Shown: positions 44,176 to 58,254 of the stretch, one piece after another
Layout of the letters: each line of letters opens with the position of its first letter
How positions within the stretch are numbered: the first letter of the stretch is position 1
Assembly: GCA_018398765.1 (NCBI GenBank)
Contig: JAHBMJ010000030.1
Span: 1-58,715 of the forward strand
Source of the DNA: Chromera velia
Taxonomy: Eukaryota
Reading direction: 5' to 3'
DNA: 58,715 nucleotides
Made by a program: the position numbers and the translations under genes
Notes under the pieces: model-generated
What the model saw: the letters and a program-made list of their open reading frames with translations, nothing else
What the model was told of the DNA's origin: nothing
The model's database searches: none

Positions 44176-46336
44176 GTGTGTGTGTGTGAATGTGCAGATT
44201 TTCGATGAAGCTGTGCGTCCGTTTGTCCAATCAGCGATTGACGGCGAAAGGGTGTCGGTGTTTGCGTACGGACAGACAGGAAGTGGTCGGTCGGCCATTT
44301 CATTTTTTTTTCTGTCTTCCGAGTCCTCTCTCAGACATACACAGAGAGACAGACAGATAGACAGGCGAAGAAAAGACAAAAAATGTCCCCCTTCTTTCCT
44401 CCATTCCATTGAGTACTTCTTTTTCTTTCGGTGTGTGTGCGTGTGTGTACGCGTGACGTTGTATCTGCCAGCTCATTTGATCGGCTTTTTGCCAGCTCTT
44501 CGAAAAAGCGACACCCCCTAAGGCTTCTCTCCCCCCCGCCGCATGCTTTCTTCGTGCGTGTCAGATCCGGTAGAGCTTCTCCCTGTCTGTCTGCATGTCT
44601 TCGTTCGGCCCCGCTGTGTGTCTATTTACTTCTTTCTTTCTTTATTTATTTATCTATCTCTGTCTTTCTTTTGTTTTTTTCAACCCTTCATTTATTGCCT
44701 GGCTGCCTGCCTGCAGGAAAGACGTACACCATGGCGGGGCCTCAGGGGGGCGTGTTCGATTTGGGGGGCGGGTGTGGAGGTGGGGGGAGTGGGGAACTTC
44801 CTCCGGACGCTGGGGTCCTTCCTCGTGCCCTGCAGTTTCTCTTCAAGGAAAAAGCGCGACTGGACAGCCTCAGGGGTGATAGTGTGACCGCGACAGGGGT
44901 GAAGATTCACATTGAAATCGCTGCAATGGAGATGTACGGGTCCGAGCTGCGGGATCTGCTGGTAGATTCCGACAAGGACAAGGAGAGGGAGAAAGTGCAG
45001 GTGGCTCTAGCGCAAGGGGTGACGTCGAAAACTTCGAAGAAGAAAACGTTCGCGGGGCCGTTCGGGAAAATTGATGTGCAGCCTCTGACATCGATCAGGT
45101 AAGTCAGTGAATGTATGGATGCATTTGTTGAAAAATAATTCTGTACGAAAATAAATGCAAAAAATAAAAGAAAAAGATGTGCAGCCTCTGACGTCGATCA
45201 GGTAGGTCAGTGAGAGAGGGCATGGGGAGAAACACATCAATAGACGAAAGGGAGGTGGTGCATGGGTGTGATTTTTTTTTTTGGTCGCGTGTCTCTCCCC
45301 ATAGAGTCCTACAGGGCTTTGCTGTTGATTCTTTGATCGGCTGTCTTCCCCTAATGCCTTTGAGTGTCTGAGAGGAAGCACATCCTTTCTCCGTCCGTTC
45401 GTGACGCACGCACGTGTTCGGATGATCGACTCTTTTTCCTTTTTCATGAGAAGGGCATTGCCCTAGGCCCCCCGCCTGCCCTCATGCGCTGACACGCATC
45501 TCGATCGATCGACGAGTCTGCTTGCTCTTCCTTTGAGTCTCTCTCTCATTGCGGCCTTAATTCTCTTTTTCGGGTCTTCTCTCTTGCATGTGAATTATTG
45601 TTTTTTTCATGCGTGCCCTGTCGACTGCTTCCATGCATGCATGCATGAATGCAGAGTTTTTTCTCCGCATGAGGCCTTCGCCGTCCTCTCGCGAGCCACT
45701 GCAAAGAGAGTCACTGCCCGGTCAGTCGGTCTGTCGGTCGGTGCATCTGTCCATGCGACAAAGAAAGAGAGGGTCGGTGCATCTGCCCATGCAACAAAGA
45801 AAGAGAGCCTGTCGGTCGGTGCATCTGCCCATGCAACAAAGAAAGAGAGCCTGTCGGTCGGTGCATCTGCCCATGCAACAAAGAAAGAAAGCCTGTCGGT
45901 CGGTGCATCTGCCCATGCAACAAAGAAAGAGAGCCTGTCGGTCGGTGCATCTGCCCATGCAACAAAGAAAGAGCCTGTCGGTCGGTGCATCTGCCCATGC
46001 AACAAAGAAAGAGAGCCTGTCGGTCGGTGCATCTGCCCATGCAACAAAGAAAGAAAGCCGAGCAACAGGAAGGAAGGAAGAGAGGGAGCCAGGCTTCTGG
46101 CACGCCGGGTAATGGCCCTTTTCGATCCAAAAGAGAGAGAGAAAGAGAAACCTTATGCAAATTGGGGAGGAAGAGACAGGTGCATCAAATGACGGGACGT
46201 GAAAAATGCGTTCGATCATGGACGGGACCTCAGAATCAGATCAAATCAGACTAGATTATATCAGAAGGTCAAAGGAGACACACACACGCACACACACACA
46301 CACGCACACACACACACACGCACACACATCCACACA

Positions 46337-46374
<38 letters not shown>

Positions 46375-46456
46375 GAGAGAGGGGGGGGGGTGTGTGGGCT
46401 TTCTCTGTGGGTCCTCTCTCGGCCAGGAATGGCTTCATTTTATCTGGCCTTTTACT

Positions 46457-46532
<76 letters not shown>

Positions 46533-46853
46533 CACACATGTATATGTATATATAGATCTGTCTGCCTTCCACCGTTCCTTGCTATTTTCCTTCTTTGCCT
46601 CTCTCCTTGCATGACACAGTCCTCGCGTCGTTCAGACAGACAGAGAAGAGAAACATTCGAGTCGATCCGTCTGGCACCCAGTCATGCGGCTGCCTGTGGA
46701 CTGTGCGCTGCTCAGCGCCGCTCTGAAGCATTCGGACAAAAAGAAACAATTAATTGCGGCTTTCCACGGATCGAGGAAGACGGTCTCTATTCTGTATGCT
46801 CATATTTGATTCCAAGGTCTCCACATCGATCGACGCACGCACACATACACACA

Positions 46854-46892
<39 letters not shown>

Positions 46893-47355
46893 TCATCATG
46901 CATGAGACAAGAAAGGCCCTTTCTGCCTTGGAACGAACGAATCTGCATGCAGGTCTGCTTCTGTCTCTCTGCGTGTCTGTCTGTCTGCGCGTATGGATAC
47001 GTGGATGGACGGATGGATGTGCATTGATTGATTTGTTTAATTTGTTGCAGCACTGCCCACAACGACACGTCCTCGAGGAGCCACGCAATCTTCCAGTTGA
47101 GAATCGTCAGGGAGGAAAGGGGGGCAGAGACGCAGCAGCAGCAGCAGCAGGACCAGCAGGGGGCAAGCGGAAGGCACACGTCAGTGCAGGGGAAGGGAGT
47201 CTGTCTGTAAGTCCAGAAGGGAGGAATGGAAATGGAATGCGGATCGAAGGGAGGAGGGGACCAACTTGAAGAGCATTGGAGACAGTCGACTGCATTCATT
47301 CACTCTTTGCCGCTCTCTTTGTGTTTCTTCATCTAGCTCTGTTTCGTTGCTTGAC

Positions 47356-47403
<48 letters not shown>

Positions 47404-48522
47404 GTGTGTGTGTGTGTGTGGATCCCTGGCTGCCTGTCTGTCTGCCTGTCGAGAAGTAATGAAAGGACGTGTAGTCTGTCTTCTCCCTCCCTCTGCTTTT
47501 CCCTTGCTGTAAGTTTTTTCCTTCGGCGATTGCCTCTCTTCTCTGCCTGGCTGCCTGTCGTCCCCTCTGTTGCTTCTTGCATGAGACTTTTTTCTTTCGG
47601 TCCCCGTGCGTGCGTGCGTGCGTCAATGCAGCAGCATGCAGACGGGGTGTTTGAACCTCATCGACCTCGCAGGGTCTGAGAGGCTTCCTCCGGGGGAACA
47701 GGTCCGTCCGTCCGTCCTTCGGCCTCCTGATTGGCTCCATGCGTGCGTGTGTGTGTGTGTGTGTGTTTCCTTTTGCGATTTTTCCAAGGGGTTGTCTGTC
47801 GCACCTTTCTGTCATCTTCTCCTGCTGTCAATGCCTATACCATGTACGACCGCCTAACGTTTCATATTCTTATTGCCGCACGCGTCTGTGCCTCCATCCA
47901 TGCATGCAGGTCTGTGCTTCCCTCTTGAACGAGTGTAAAGCCATCAACTTGAGTCTTAGCCATCTGGGCCAGTGCGTTTGCGATCTGGTGCGCAAGAAAG
48001 CGCACATCAACTTTCGGTCCGTCCGTTGCATGTGTTGGTCTTTGTTTGTGTGATTCTGTTTGTGTTCTGTATTGTGACACAGAAACGGAAGAATGAACGG
48101 CTTTCGCCTTTTCAATCTCACCTCGCGCCCTCTCCGTCTGGCTTTTTTTTCTTTAATTTGGTATGAAAGTAAAAACAATCTCGCTTCGCGCCCTCTCCAT
48201 CTGGCTTTGGGGTCATCACCTCTGATCGAGTTGGGTTGCTGCCCCACGATGCATGGATGGAAGCTTGAATGTGTCTGTACAAGGTGCGACGTACACGCAT
48301 GCATGTTTGAATTCTTCCTTAATTATCTTCCGGTCTTCTTTTGCCTCAAATTCCTGCAGCAATCACCAGTTAACCTGGCTACTTCAGGACTGCCTCGGAG
48401 GTCCGAAGAGCAAGTGCGTGTTCATCGTCACCCTGTCGCCTCTGCCTTCGCACTCGATGGAAACCAAGAATTCCCTAAACTTCGCTTCCACTGTCCTTTT
48501 GGGAGGTATGACCGACGAGTGA
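37296..48522 (+). CDS. Kinesin-14-type motor (low-complexity N-terminus, coiled coil, C-terminal motor domain); many exons, interrupted by an assembly gap
   Basis: Neck LESLRGHIRVFLRMRP (41.9-42.1 kb); P-loop FAYGQTGS|GKTYTM split by an intron (~44286/44717); NDTSSRSHAIF (47.06 kb); LIDLAGSER (47.66 kb); INLSLSHLG and HINFR; LTWLLQDCLGG…ETKNSLNFA (last exon 48360-48522). Upstream exons not fully resolved. Confidence 0.9.
38985..39311. other. Assembly gap (N run)
   Basis: Run of n characters. Confidence 0.99.
42070..42212. mobile_element. AT-rich mini-insert (42108-42174) between 38-bp direct repeats covering a kinesin exon end plus donor
   Basis: CAGAGGAAATGCCTGTGCAG|GTTGGAAGGsAAGGGAAG twice; insert has TTCATACAG three times. 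Confidence 0.7.
43444..43571. mobile_element. AT-rich mini-insert (43475-43540) between perfect 31-bp direct repeats covering a kinesin exon end plus donor
   Basis: TTTCTCCAGAGACGTCACAGCAGGAG|GTCGG twice; insert has TGTATGAAAAT twice. Confidence 0.7.
45073..45213. mobile_element. AT-rich mini-insert (45111-45175) between 38-bp direct repeats covering a kinesin exon end plus donor
   Basis: GATGTGCAGCCTCTGACrTCGATCAG|GTArGTCAGTGA twice; insert has ATTCTGTACGAAAATAAATGCA. Confidence 0.7.
45731..46056. repeat. Intronic minisatellite, ~42-bp unit, ~8 copies, beginning just after a splice donor
   Basis: CTGTCGGTCGGTGCATCTGCCCATGCAACAAAGAAAGAGAGC repeated. Confidence 0.9.
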
Positions 48523-48819
48523 TCAGATCACATCAGATCAAAAGACTGCCTCGTTCTCAGACCATCGAGAAAGTTGTATGCATTGCGGAATGGGTAAGAG
48601 GGGCGTTTTTTGATCGATTAGCAAGCTAAAAAGCCTAAATTTTATGTTAGGCTTGCTTAGAGGGGTGATTAATCCTGTTTAGTCAGAGATACTGCTGTGA
48701 TTACGCCTGTCTTGAAGACATACATGTACTATTGTGTACTATGTACCTGTACTGGTAGTATACATATAGTATTTGGAAATGTTCTTAGCTTATACAGTTT
48801 CTAGTACAGTTTACTTAGT

Positions 48820-49740
48820 AACTAAGATATTGTAGTCTGGTGAAAAATAGATATGAAATCATAAATTCCGGTTCATAATAGATACCGTAAGATACGTGTC
48901 TGTTTTTTGCTAGGTCCTTTGACTTCTTTCGATTTGTTTTATCCATGTGCTGACTGAATGCCCTCTGCATGATAGAGAAAGGGCAGACTGCTTGCAAGCT
49001 TTGATAACATGTTGGAGTTCAAATTCGGTGAAAAGAAGAGAGGAGAGAGCTGCAAATAGTAGCAGATGGAAAGTGGGTGGTAAAAGGAAGATAAACAAGA
49101 TCACTCTATTCTCTTTTTTTTTTAATGAGGCCGATAAGAATGTCGATACCTTTCTGAAAGACATCATGATGAAAAGACAGGTAGTAAGAGAATGGAAAAG
49201 AAAAAAGGGAGACAATTTGAGTTAAGCTTTAGGAAGAGAGTTAGATAGGCTGCATCAGGAGACTTGGAAAAGTGAGAAAGAAAGAGAGGGAAGAATTAAA
49301 GAGTATGAATGGCTGTGGGGCGATACAAAGGAAGCAAAAGAGGAGGAAAAAAGGAGGAGGATGGGATGTTGGGAGGATTTGGAACTCGTTTTGAGCCATT
49401 CATCTACAATTCTGGGATCGTTCCCTTTCAAACCCTGCTTTAAAATGGAGTAAGCCCTCTCACATACATACGCAGGTGATTGACTGTTCAATGTGATCCG
49501 TTCGCGGCACAGGCTAGACCTGTGCAGGCCGGCCAGGGAGGTCTGATGCGTCTAGGCGCTTTCCCTGGAAGCCGCACATCGGACATTCGACATTAGGGTG
49601 GGGAAGGAGGGAGCTACAGAAGAAGATTGATAAAGCAAACAAGAAGAGCGAGAAAGCCCAAATCGCATGCCGTTTCAGATCGATTTTCAGGCCGGAAAGC
49701 CAACGCGGATCCAGAGCCGTGGCTCGAACAACGAACAATC
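48820..49740. mobile_element. Degenerate retroelement debris (probable non-LTR ORF2 C-terminus)
   Basis: Plus-strand fragment HVLTECPLHDRER resembles the H-x4-C-P-x5-R end of the LINE ORF2 zinc knuckle; surrounding frames are stop-ridden; a minus-strand ECPMCGFQG fragment also occurs. Confidence 0.4.
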
Positions 49741-51450
49741 ATGCAGCAGTGGCCAGGGCAACAGACTCTGGCGGGCCCCGAGGGCGGGGTCTGATACCTC
49801 AGCTTAGGCTGGGGAACGCCCCGCCCTGCTAGCTCTGGCGACAGATAGACATAGCGGGAAGGCCCTAGGGCGGAACATATTAATTAATCAATCAATCCTA
49901 ATCCTATAGGCACTCCATAGACTAGCCCATAGACCACTGGCAAAACCTAGCAAAGACCGCAGTACCACCGCACTATTGCTAGCATATGCTTACGAAGGAC
50001 ATCCATATAATTTATTCTTCTCAAAACTTAATTTAATAAATCAGCTTGCACAAGGCGTAAAACCTAGTATAAAACTCCCACGGTGAATAGAAACTGCCAT
50101 TCAAAATGGGGGGCCGGGTTTAATTGGTGGTCCGCAAAACATGCACTTTACGGTGCAAAATCCTGGTTATACCTGTAAGGCAGGTAAAACACTGAGGCTC
50201 TTTCCGGCGTTCTATACTAGAAGTTGCCTTTGCGTATAGTAACCTAAATAATAACTTGCTAGCCTCGCTAGGTAATTCGGTCTTACAACCTACTATATAT
50301 TAAACTCTAGCTCTATAGGCTGCACTTTATTTTTCTGCACCGAATCTGCAGTGAAAAAACTTTTAGGATCATAAATAAAAAAATGAATAAAAATGAATAA
50401 ATGAATCACTGAAATAACACACCAGCAAACACATATCAATCATGCATTTGCCATGCGGACACTTAATTGCCACAATTAATTGGCCCATAAAAAATCAGCT
50501 GTGATCAAAAAAGCTTAGAGCTAGCAAAATAGGGGAAAATGCTGATCAAATTCGATGGGAGGTCGGGCTGGTGGGAAGTTGAAAAAAAAAGCTGAAAAAC
50601 GACTGGTTTCCCCCTAGTTCCCTTACAATGCTTACATTCGTCTGGCCCTGTATTTCTCTTCTCTTCTCTTGTCTGTCCGTCCTGCCCCTCTCCTCTGCAT
50701 GCACGATCGAGGAATGAATGCCCTTTTCCGTACGATGGAGTAAGTGCTTCAGTTCTTTTCAGGAGAGACTGCAGTCAATTCGATTTGGTTGGTTGTCCGT
50801 TCCTTCCGAAGCAACGAACCGCAAGGAAGCGACTGGTAACAATTGAACAAACAAATTGATGGCCGGGGGGAAGCACCGATCATCTTTATCGATTGATCCA
50901 CCGGATCGTCCTCCTTCCTTCCTCCCTTTCTTCTTTTCTTCTTTCTTTCCTTCCTTCCCTGTTTCCTTCTTTCCTTTCTTCCTTCCTTCATTCCCTCCTT
51001 TCTTCCTTCCAGCCTTCCTTCCTTTCTTCTTTCTTTCCTTCCTTCCTTTTTTCCTTCCTTCCTTCTTTCCTTCCTTCCTTCCTTCCTTCCTCCCTTTCTT
51101 CTTTTCTTCTTTCTTTCCGTCCTTCCTTTTTTCCTTCCTTCCTTCATTCATTCCCTCCTTTCTTCCTTCCTTCCTTCCAGCCTTCCTTTCTTCTTTCTTT
51201 CCTTCCTTCTTTCCTTTCTTCCTTCCTTCCTTCCAGCCTTCCTTTCTTCTTTCTTTCCTTCCTTCCTCTCTTCCACCATGCAGCCAGACAGCTGGAGAGA
51301 CGGACAGACACACAGACAGAAGGGGGAAATTCGATCGCCCCCCCCCCCGAGGGTTCGAACCTCCGGCCAATCGAGCGATAGAGATCTCATCTCCAGCAAT
51401 CCTACTGGCACGCAGGCAAACATTATTAGGCACACGCACACGGACAGAGG

Positions 51451-51504
51451 GGAGGGACAGAGGTCGCGCGGCGACAGCAAGCCGTCCCTCCCTCCGCATG
51501 AATT
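51451..51504 (-). promoter_or_regulatory. Conserved putative 3'-UTR stem-loop of paralogue B
   Basis: Reverse complement is identical to 20558-20611. Confidence 0.55.
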
Positions 51505-51662
51505 AATTAATGCATTTTCTCACTCACTCACTCACCCATCCACTCACAAAAGAACACAAAAGAAGGTGAAGAGACACCATGGAGTCACGAACAGACGGAG
51601 ACGCATTGACGGATCGAATGCTGTCGCTCCGCAACTCAATTTTCCCACCCCCCCCTTTCAAG

Positions 51663-53712
51663 TCAAGAAAAAAACAAATTCCACGCGGCCGTAGAGAGAC
51701 GACGAACCCCGCCCTCAGCAGCCCCCTCCTGTGCCTGCGCACACCAGCCATCGGGCATGTCTGTGGGGCACGGGTAGTGTCTGTCTCCGGGACGTTCGCA
51801 CGGACAGACGTCCCCTGGATCGATCGGTGCGTTCTGCTGACACCACCCGTCGGGCATTCCATCTGGACAGGGGTGATGTGCATCTCCTGTACTTTGACAG
51901 GGGCACACGTCTTCATAGGAGACGGGGGCGTTCTCTTCGCACCAGTTTTCTGGCATTCCTTCGAGACAGGGGTGATGGGCGTCTCCGCTGTTTTGACAGG
52001 GGCAAACATCCTCGTAAGCAGGGAGGGCGTTCTCCTCACACCACCCCTCTGGCATGTCATCGGGACAGGGGTGATGGGCGTCTCCGGTATTTTGACAGGG
52101 GCACACGTCCTCATATGCGGGGGGCGATTCCTCGTCCTCCGGCGGTGTGACTGGGTCCGTCGGCTCATCCGACTGGAAATTCTCTTCGCACCATCCGTCT
52201 GGCATGTCATCGGGACAGGGGTGATGGACGTCTCCTGTGTTTTGACAGGGGCAGAAGTCTGCAGGGTCGACGGGTGTGTTCTCTTCACACCAGTTCTCTG
52301 GCATGTCATCAGGACAGGGGTGATGTTCGTCGTCGGGATTTTGACAGGGGCAAAAGTCTTCGGGGTCGGCCTCTGCGTTAGCCTCACACCATCCCTCAGG
52401 CATGTCATCGGGACACGGATAGTTGGCGTCTCCGGTATTCTGACAGGGGCACACGGCCTCAAATTCGGCAGGCGCGTTCTCGGCACACCAGCCTTCAGGC
52501 ATGTCGGCAGGACAGGGGTAGTGTTCGTCTGCCGTCTCCTCACATGGGCACACGTCCGCGGGGTTGGCAGGGGCGTCTCTCTGCGTGGCGTCTGCAGGAG
52601 GGGGGAGGGGGACGGGAACTTCAGACCGCCCTCCTCCTGGAGACACAATAATGACAATGACAATGACTCCGTCTCCGTCTGCGTTTGAGGGGGGGGGGTC
52701 TTGAACGACTACACTCACAGAGTCATCGACTGGGGGGGTGTAGGAAAGCCCTGCTCCGTTTTGATAGTACACGGGTCTGCATACATGGAGAGAAAATGCA
52801 GAAACAACAACATCATTTGACGAGACGCTGTCTCTGTCAAAAGGCAGAGGGAGGCCGAGGAAGATATGTAGAGGAAGTTGTTTCCAGCGACACAACGTCC
52901 GAAGGTACACAAGTCAGAAACGACTGCGGAGCAAGTACCGTGAGATTCTGGTCGGTCGGAAAAGAACGAAAACAAACAAACAAAAATGGACGACCAAAGT
53001 CCAGCAGAGCGGCACTTGATTGCATGAAAATGCGACAGCAGAGACTCACGTGTAGAAGCCCGCAGTTCCTCCGTAGTACCTGAAGGGAGCAAGAGAGGCA
53101 GAAAGGGCAACAAAACCAATAGCGAACAAGGAACACAAACTTCTCTGGGATCGGCCCGTAAAAAAAGAGTCCAGTTGATGAGAAGACGGCAAGACAGGAA
53201 TTGAGCCGCGAAAAAAAACAAAAAACATCACTCAGACACACAAGCAGACGGGCAGAAAGCAAACGAGGTGGGTAGGTACGCAGGCAAAGATGCAAAAGAG
53301 ACATGCAGCCGATGGCAGACCGACCCCTCAAATCCCTGGTAGTAGCAGTCCCGGTAACAGAGGGAGGAGGCGATAGGGAAGAGCAAGAAGGTGTTGATGA
53401 CTGTCGGAGGATAGATCGGGGAGCCGTAGTATCCCCCCCCGTATCCTGCGTACGTTTGTTCAATTCACTTAGAGATATCCACAGTCACAGATCAGAGCCT
53501 AAAAGAGTGCATAGAGACAGATCGAAGACCGTTGAGAAAGGGACAGCTAGGGGAGCGGTAATCGAGGTCAGTTAGAGTGATGACAAACCGAAATAATAAA
53601 GAAGGCAGGCAGGCAGACAGGTAGGCAGGGAGAGACAAAGGTACCCTTTCACGCATGGAGGAACGAAAGTAAATAGGCAGTGGGAAAAACACCAAAACAG
53701 AAAACAGAAAAG

Positions 53713-53776
<64 letters not shown>

Positions 53777-54860
53777 CGCAACAGAAAAGAGCAGACGACT
53801 CACCGCAGCCAACAGCACCATAATAGGATCCATACCCGTAGCCGCTGTACCCGTAGTCGTACCCTGCAGAGAGGAAAGTCAGCAGTCGAGGTAAGGTCAC
53901 CGTTCGCGTGCATGTGCGTATCAAGCGTCATGTCTCCCTTCCTCCCCCCCTCCCCCCCCCCCTCCCTCAGTTCACACATTGCCACTGTCTCTTCAAAAAA
54001 GACAGGAGGGGGAAGTCGGACGGCACCTCTTCAGTCAAGTCGGACCACACTGAACGGTACGTGACAGCTGCATGAATGGAATCGGGGTCTGTCTGTCTGT
54101 CTGCCTGTCTGTCTGTCTGACCAACATCACTGCTCAACTGACAGAGAAGATCGAAGGGAACCATCCGCACTGCAGAGGGGAACTATCGATCAAAATAAGC
54201 AAACAGAAAAGAGGAGCTAGAACGATCGAGAGAACACCGACCAGCAGCGCCAAATTCGTCATAATAGTAAGCCCCTCCAGAGCCTCCGTAGTACCCCCCC
54301 CCATACCCCCACCCGTACCCCCACCCCCCTCCACCAATAAGGGCCCCCGTCAACAGCCCTGCAGTGAACGCGCCCCACCCAGAGCCCCACCGACGCCCAA
54401 AGCGGCCCCAACGCGCCCCGACGCCCCCGTACCCGTCTGCACGTACTCACGCAGTGAGGGAGGGAGGGAGGGGGGGGAGGAGAGCTGTTTGTTTGTTGTC
54501 TCTGCAGAGCAAGAACGCATCTCCTTCTCTCCTTCTCGGGCTTTCTTTCTTTCTTTCTTGCTTGCTTCTTTTCTTTCTTTCTTTCTTTCTTTCTTCCTTT
54601 TCGCTTGCGGTCGATTACTTGCGCTCTGAATCTGTGCGTAGTATGTAGCATAAGATGGATGGACGGTAGAGAGGCACAGAAAGAGAAAGGCAAAATGAAA
54701 GACAGGATTGCAACAACGGTGGGCCAAGACACACACCTACAAAGAAACAGCAACGGACACAACGAGACTCACAGTAGCCGCCCCCGAAAAAACCGCCGCC
54801 TCCATAAAACCCTCCACCTGCATGCACACACACACACAGACACTCAAACACACTCACATA

Positions 54861-54907
<47 letters not shown>

Positions 54908-56650
54908 AGAGAGAGAGAACGCACATGAACGTTGAGAAGAGTGTAGTGTTTCACGAGAACTAGCCTGGAGACGCCCTAACATCTTCGCCCAGGTCCCGCG
55001 AGATACTCTCACAATTTTCAAATTTATTTTGCTCCCTCTTTCTCTGTTACCCTTGTGTTTCTGTGGATATTGTAAAAGACATCCAAGCAAACAGGGAAGG
55101 AACACAGGCCCACAGACATGGACAGATCCGCACAACTTTATGCAGACAGACACTCTTATCGTGTCTCTGCTTTTTTCCCGTTCTCTTCTTCAGGCAGAGA
55201 AACGGCTAGAGAAGCAGTGTTAGCCTTTTCCTTTCTTTTCGTTTGCCTCTTCTTTCTTTCTCACTCAAACTGAGAATGGGTAGAGAAAGTCAAACAGGCA
55301 GACTAGGGCAGAACCCAATTGAGAGACTCACCTCCCCAGACTACCGCTCCCCCTCTCCAGAACCCCCATCGCCGGCCGCCACCCCAGCGCCCAACACGAC
55401 CGCCCCACCGCCCCCCCCAACGCCCGAACCCCCCACGCACACGAGCATACCCGCGTCCCCAACGACCGAATCCCCCGTATCTCCCCCCATATCTTCCCCA
55501 AGCAACCCCTCCTCCCCTCCNCCCCCTCTACGCCCCCCGCCACCACCCCCTCTACGCCCGCCTCCGCCGCCTCGGCCCCCTCCCCGACCTCGACCCCCCC
55601 CTCTTTGGAGGCGTCGGAGGTCTGTGTCGGTGGAGGCGGAGGCCAAAGCGCCGAGAGAAGAAGAGTCTCGTGTGGTCACGCTACCCTCCTCCTCCTCCTC
55701 GGCTTCAGAAACGGTGCTTTTCAGAGAAGGGGGGAAAGAGAAAAAAGGGTGCAGAGAGAGATGGTCTTTTGATTCTTTTGACTCTTCTGCATCGGAGTTC
55801 ACGTTCTCTTCATCCTCTCGAAGTTCCAATCCCGACTGTTCGTCGTCCTCTTCCTCTTCTCCCATTTCGCCGTCTCCGAAATCTTCGAATTTGTTTTCTT
55901 CCTCATCTTCTTCTTCTATATGTCCATAGACAGACAGGTTCGGGTCGCTGTCATCCTCTACCCATTCGTCTTCCTCTTCCCCCTCGACCCCCAATAACAC
56001 CACCTTCTCTTCCAAGAGGGTCGCAGAGGGGGGAAGGGTCGGTCCCTCAGTCCCGTTCCCTCCTGAGGCGTGTGAAGTTTCCTCTTCTCCCGTTGGGACA
56101 ACAGCCTCCTCTTCCTCCATCGAATTATCATCCTCTTCCCACCCATCTCCTCCTTCTGTTTCTATCTTCTTCTCCCACAAATCCTCTTCACCTTCCTCCT
56201 CTTCCCAGTCTCCGTCTCCCCATTCCTCCCAGTCTGTCTCCTCCTCTCCTTCTCCATCCACCCACTCTTCTTCGTGCTCAGAAGCATCTCTATCGTCGAT
56301 CGCGGTCTCGGAGTCGGTGGAGATGGGAGACGCTGTAGAGGTGTTGAGAGACTGGACGATTTCCGTCTCCGTAGGCACCTGCACGCAATCTCACACAGAG
56401 ACAGCCAAGAGGTTTTCTCGCATGTGCATCCATAAAGAAGATGTCGCCTGCTGGCTCGCACATACCTTGTGAATGGCAGATCTCCCTGTGACGCTCACAA
56501 GACCTGCAGTGATCAGGGAGACGGCAACGAAATCAGATGAAAAAAGCGTATCTGCATATGCTGTCGCCTTTTGCATAGAAATCTGACTCTGCCCTGACCA
56601 TGGAAAACAAGCTGCAAAACCACCAACAGCAATATGGGGCGCACACCCAT
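51663..56650 (-). CDS. Secreted modular wall/adhesive-like protein, paralogue B. Exons 56650-56599, 56503-56466, 56378-55332, 54817-54773, 54436-54242, 53863-53804, 53445-53325, 53079-53050, 52776-51663
   Basis: Signal peptide MGVRPILLLVVLQLVFHG; acidic domain nearly identical to A; LRRLQ; Gly/Arg then Gly/Tyr/Trp exons; 8 Cys repeats; C-terminus GVRRLSTAAWNLFFS. The frame jumps at a single N (55521), probably an assembly join. Confidence 0.85.
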
Positions 56651-57322
56651 TTTGCTTGGCTGCAAGATCGGTGTGGTGGAACTCAAATTTTGAGACTGAA
56701 CCAAAAGCTTCGCATTTTCAAAAAAAGATCAACTTGAACAACGTGCGAGCAAGGACTTTGTGCAGGCCAACTCAAGCCCACAGAAAAAAATGAGAGTCGG
56801 ACTTTACAGATTTGGGAGAAGGCCGGGAGATTCAAAGGGAGAGGGCCGGATGAAACAAGTGTCAAGTGACGAAACTTTTGAAAAGCCAATCGAAGGTTCG
56901 ATGGATCTCATGCAGTCTCATTTTGATCCAAAAATTTAAACGCGCGAGCGCGCTATTATAAATATAAGGCTAATATAAGCATCATGCAGACTCGCGCGTA
57001 TCCCGCGCGCGGGGTGCATGCATGTTTTCCCCCTCAAGTTCTCTGCCTCTCTCAGCTCCCCGCCCGGACAAGTTGTCAGAATTTGTCAGCCACCACCTGG
57101 CAGGATCCACCAGGATCTGCAATGCCTCATTCGATTATCATTCACACATTTCATTTTCATGAAACTTCTCTGCTTCTCTGCGCAGTGACTACACTCATGT
57201 TAATATTTTGATTTCGGTGCAGACGTCTCGCTTCTCACTTCAGTTTGGTTTGAGAGAGCCCGTCTTCGCTGTAGCTCTGCATCTTTTGAGGAGCGTGTCC
57301 GTGTCAGTGACGCGTATGCCCG

Positions 57323-57743
57323 ATGTACAGCCCCAAACTGCCCGAGGGAAGTATTCCGCCCCGAAATTACCCCCCTGACCAGATGAAACTCTGGGTCGGG
57401 CTCTGTCTCCTCCTGCCGATCGTGGGTGCTCACGTGGGCGCGTCTCGTGCTGTCTTTGCGGTGCTTTCCGATGGGCCGGCGGCACTCTGCAGTCATGTGT
57501 GCATGATGGCGTCGGGATACCTTTTCGTCTCATACGTGAGTCCTGAGGGCAGCCAGGGTGAAGGCATCCAGACTGGATGGATGAGGGGATGGATGCATTG
57601 AAGTGGGGGGCTTCATGATCAGATATGTATGGAAGGAATTCTGCCTGATCGACTCCATATTCTTGCGAATCATTTTGTCCTTCGAGGAAAAAATATTCTT
57701 TAGGGGCCAATGAAATAAGAAATTCGATGCGTGTACAGTCAGG

Positions 57744-57776
<33 letters not shown>

Positions 57777-58254
57777 CCCTTTTTGCAGTAGAGTCGCATC
57801 TTACTAGTAAGATTCCTTCTGTTTGTGCATGTCTGCATTGCAGGTGACTCTGGGTCGGGAGCGGCCCTTTCTGAGTCGGTACGGCACGTTGAATCAATTT
57901 GGGAACGTTCTGCTGTTCGCGTTGTTGAGCTTCTTTCTGATTCACTCCAACTTGTGGAGGGCCGTCGGCAGAGACGAGGACGGAGATGTGCACTTCCGTC
58001 CTCTGACGTTTTCTCGCCTGGTCTGCTTCTACACAGGGCTCCACTTCACCTGGCTGGACTGCAGCCCCACCCTCCAACAAATCGGGTGCAAATTGCCCGT
58101 ACCTCAACATTGGAAAGAGCTCAGTGTGTCAGAACTGAAAGTCGTCGGATTGATGCTCTTGTTGCTCGGAGGTTCTCTCGCTGGTGTCGTTTATGAACTT
58201 GTGGTTCTTCTTGATTCGCTGTGTGGGGTCTTGACCCTCTGCTTGTTCACAAAA
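57323..58254 (+). CDS. Partial multi-pass membrane protein of unknown family (exons ~57323-57535 and 57844-58254; probably continues beyond the window)
   Basis: Two hydrophobic exons joined by a phase-0 GTGAGT…TTGCAG intron; ends at a GTGAGA donor. Start uncertain. Confidence 0.55.

Noticed and set aside
55521..55521. Frameshift suggesting paralogue B is a pseudogene
   Set aside because: The shift coincides with a single N inside a G-rich repeat, and all other exons and splice sites are intact, so an assembly join is more likely. B's short basic domain may also be an artefact.
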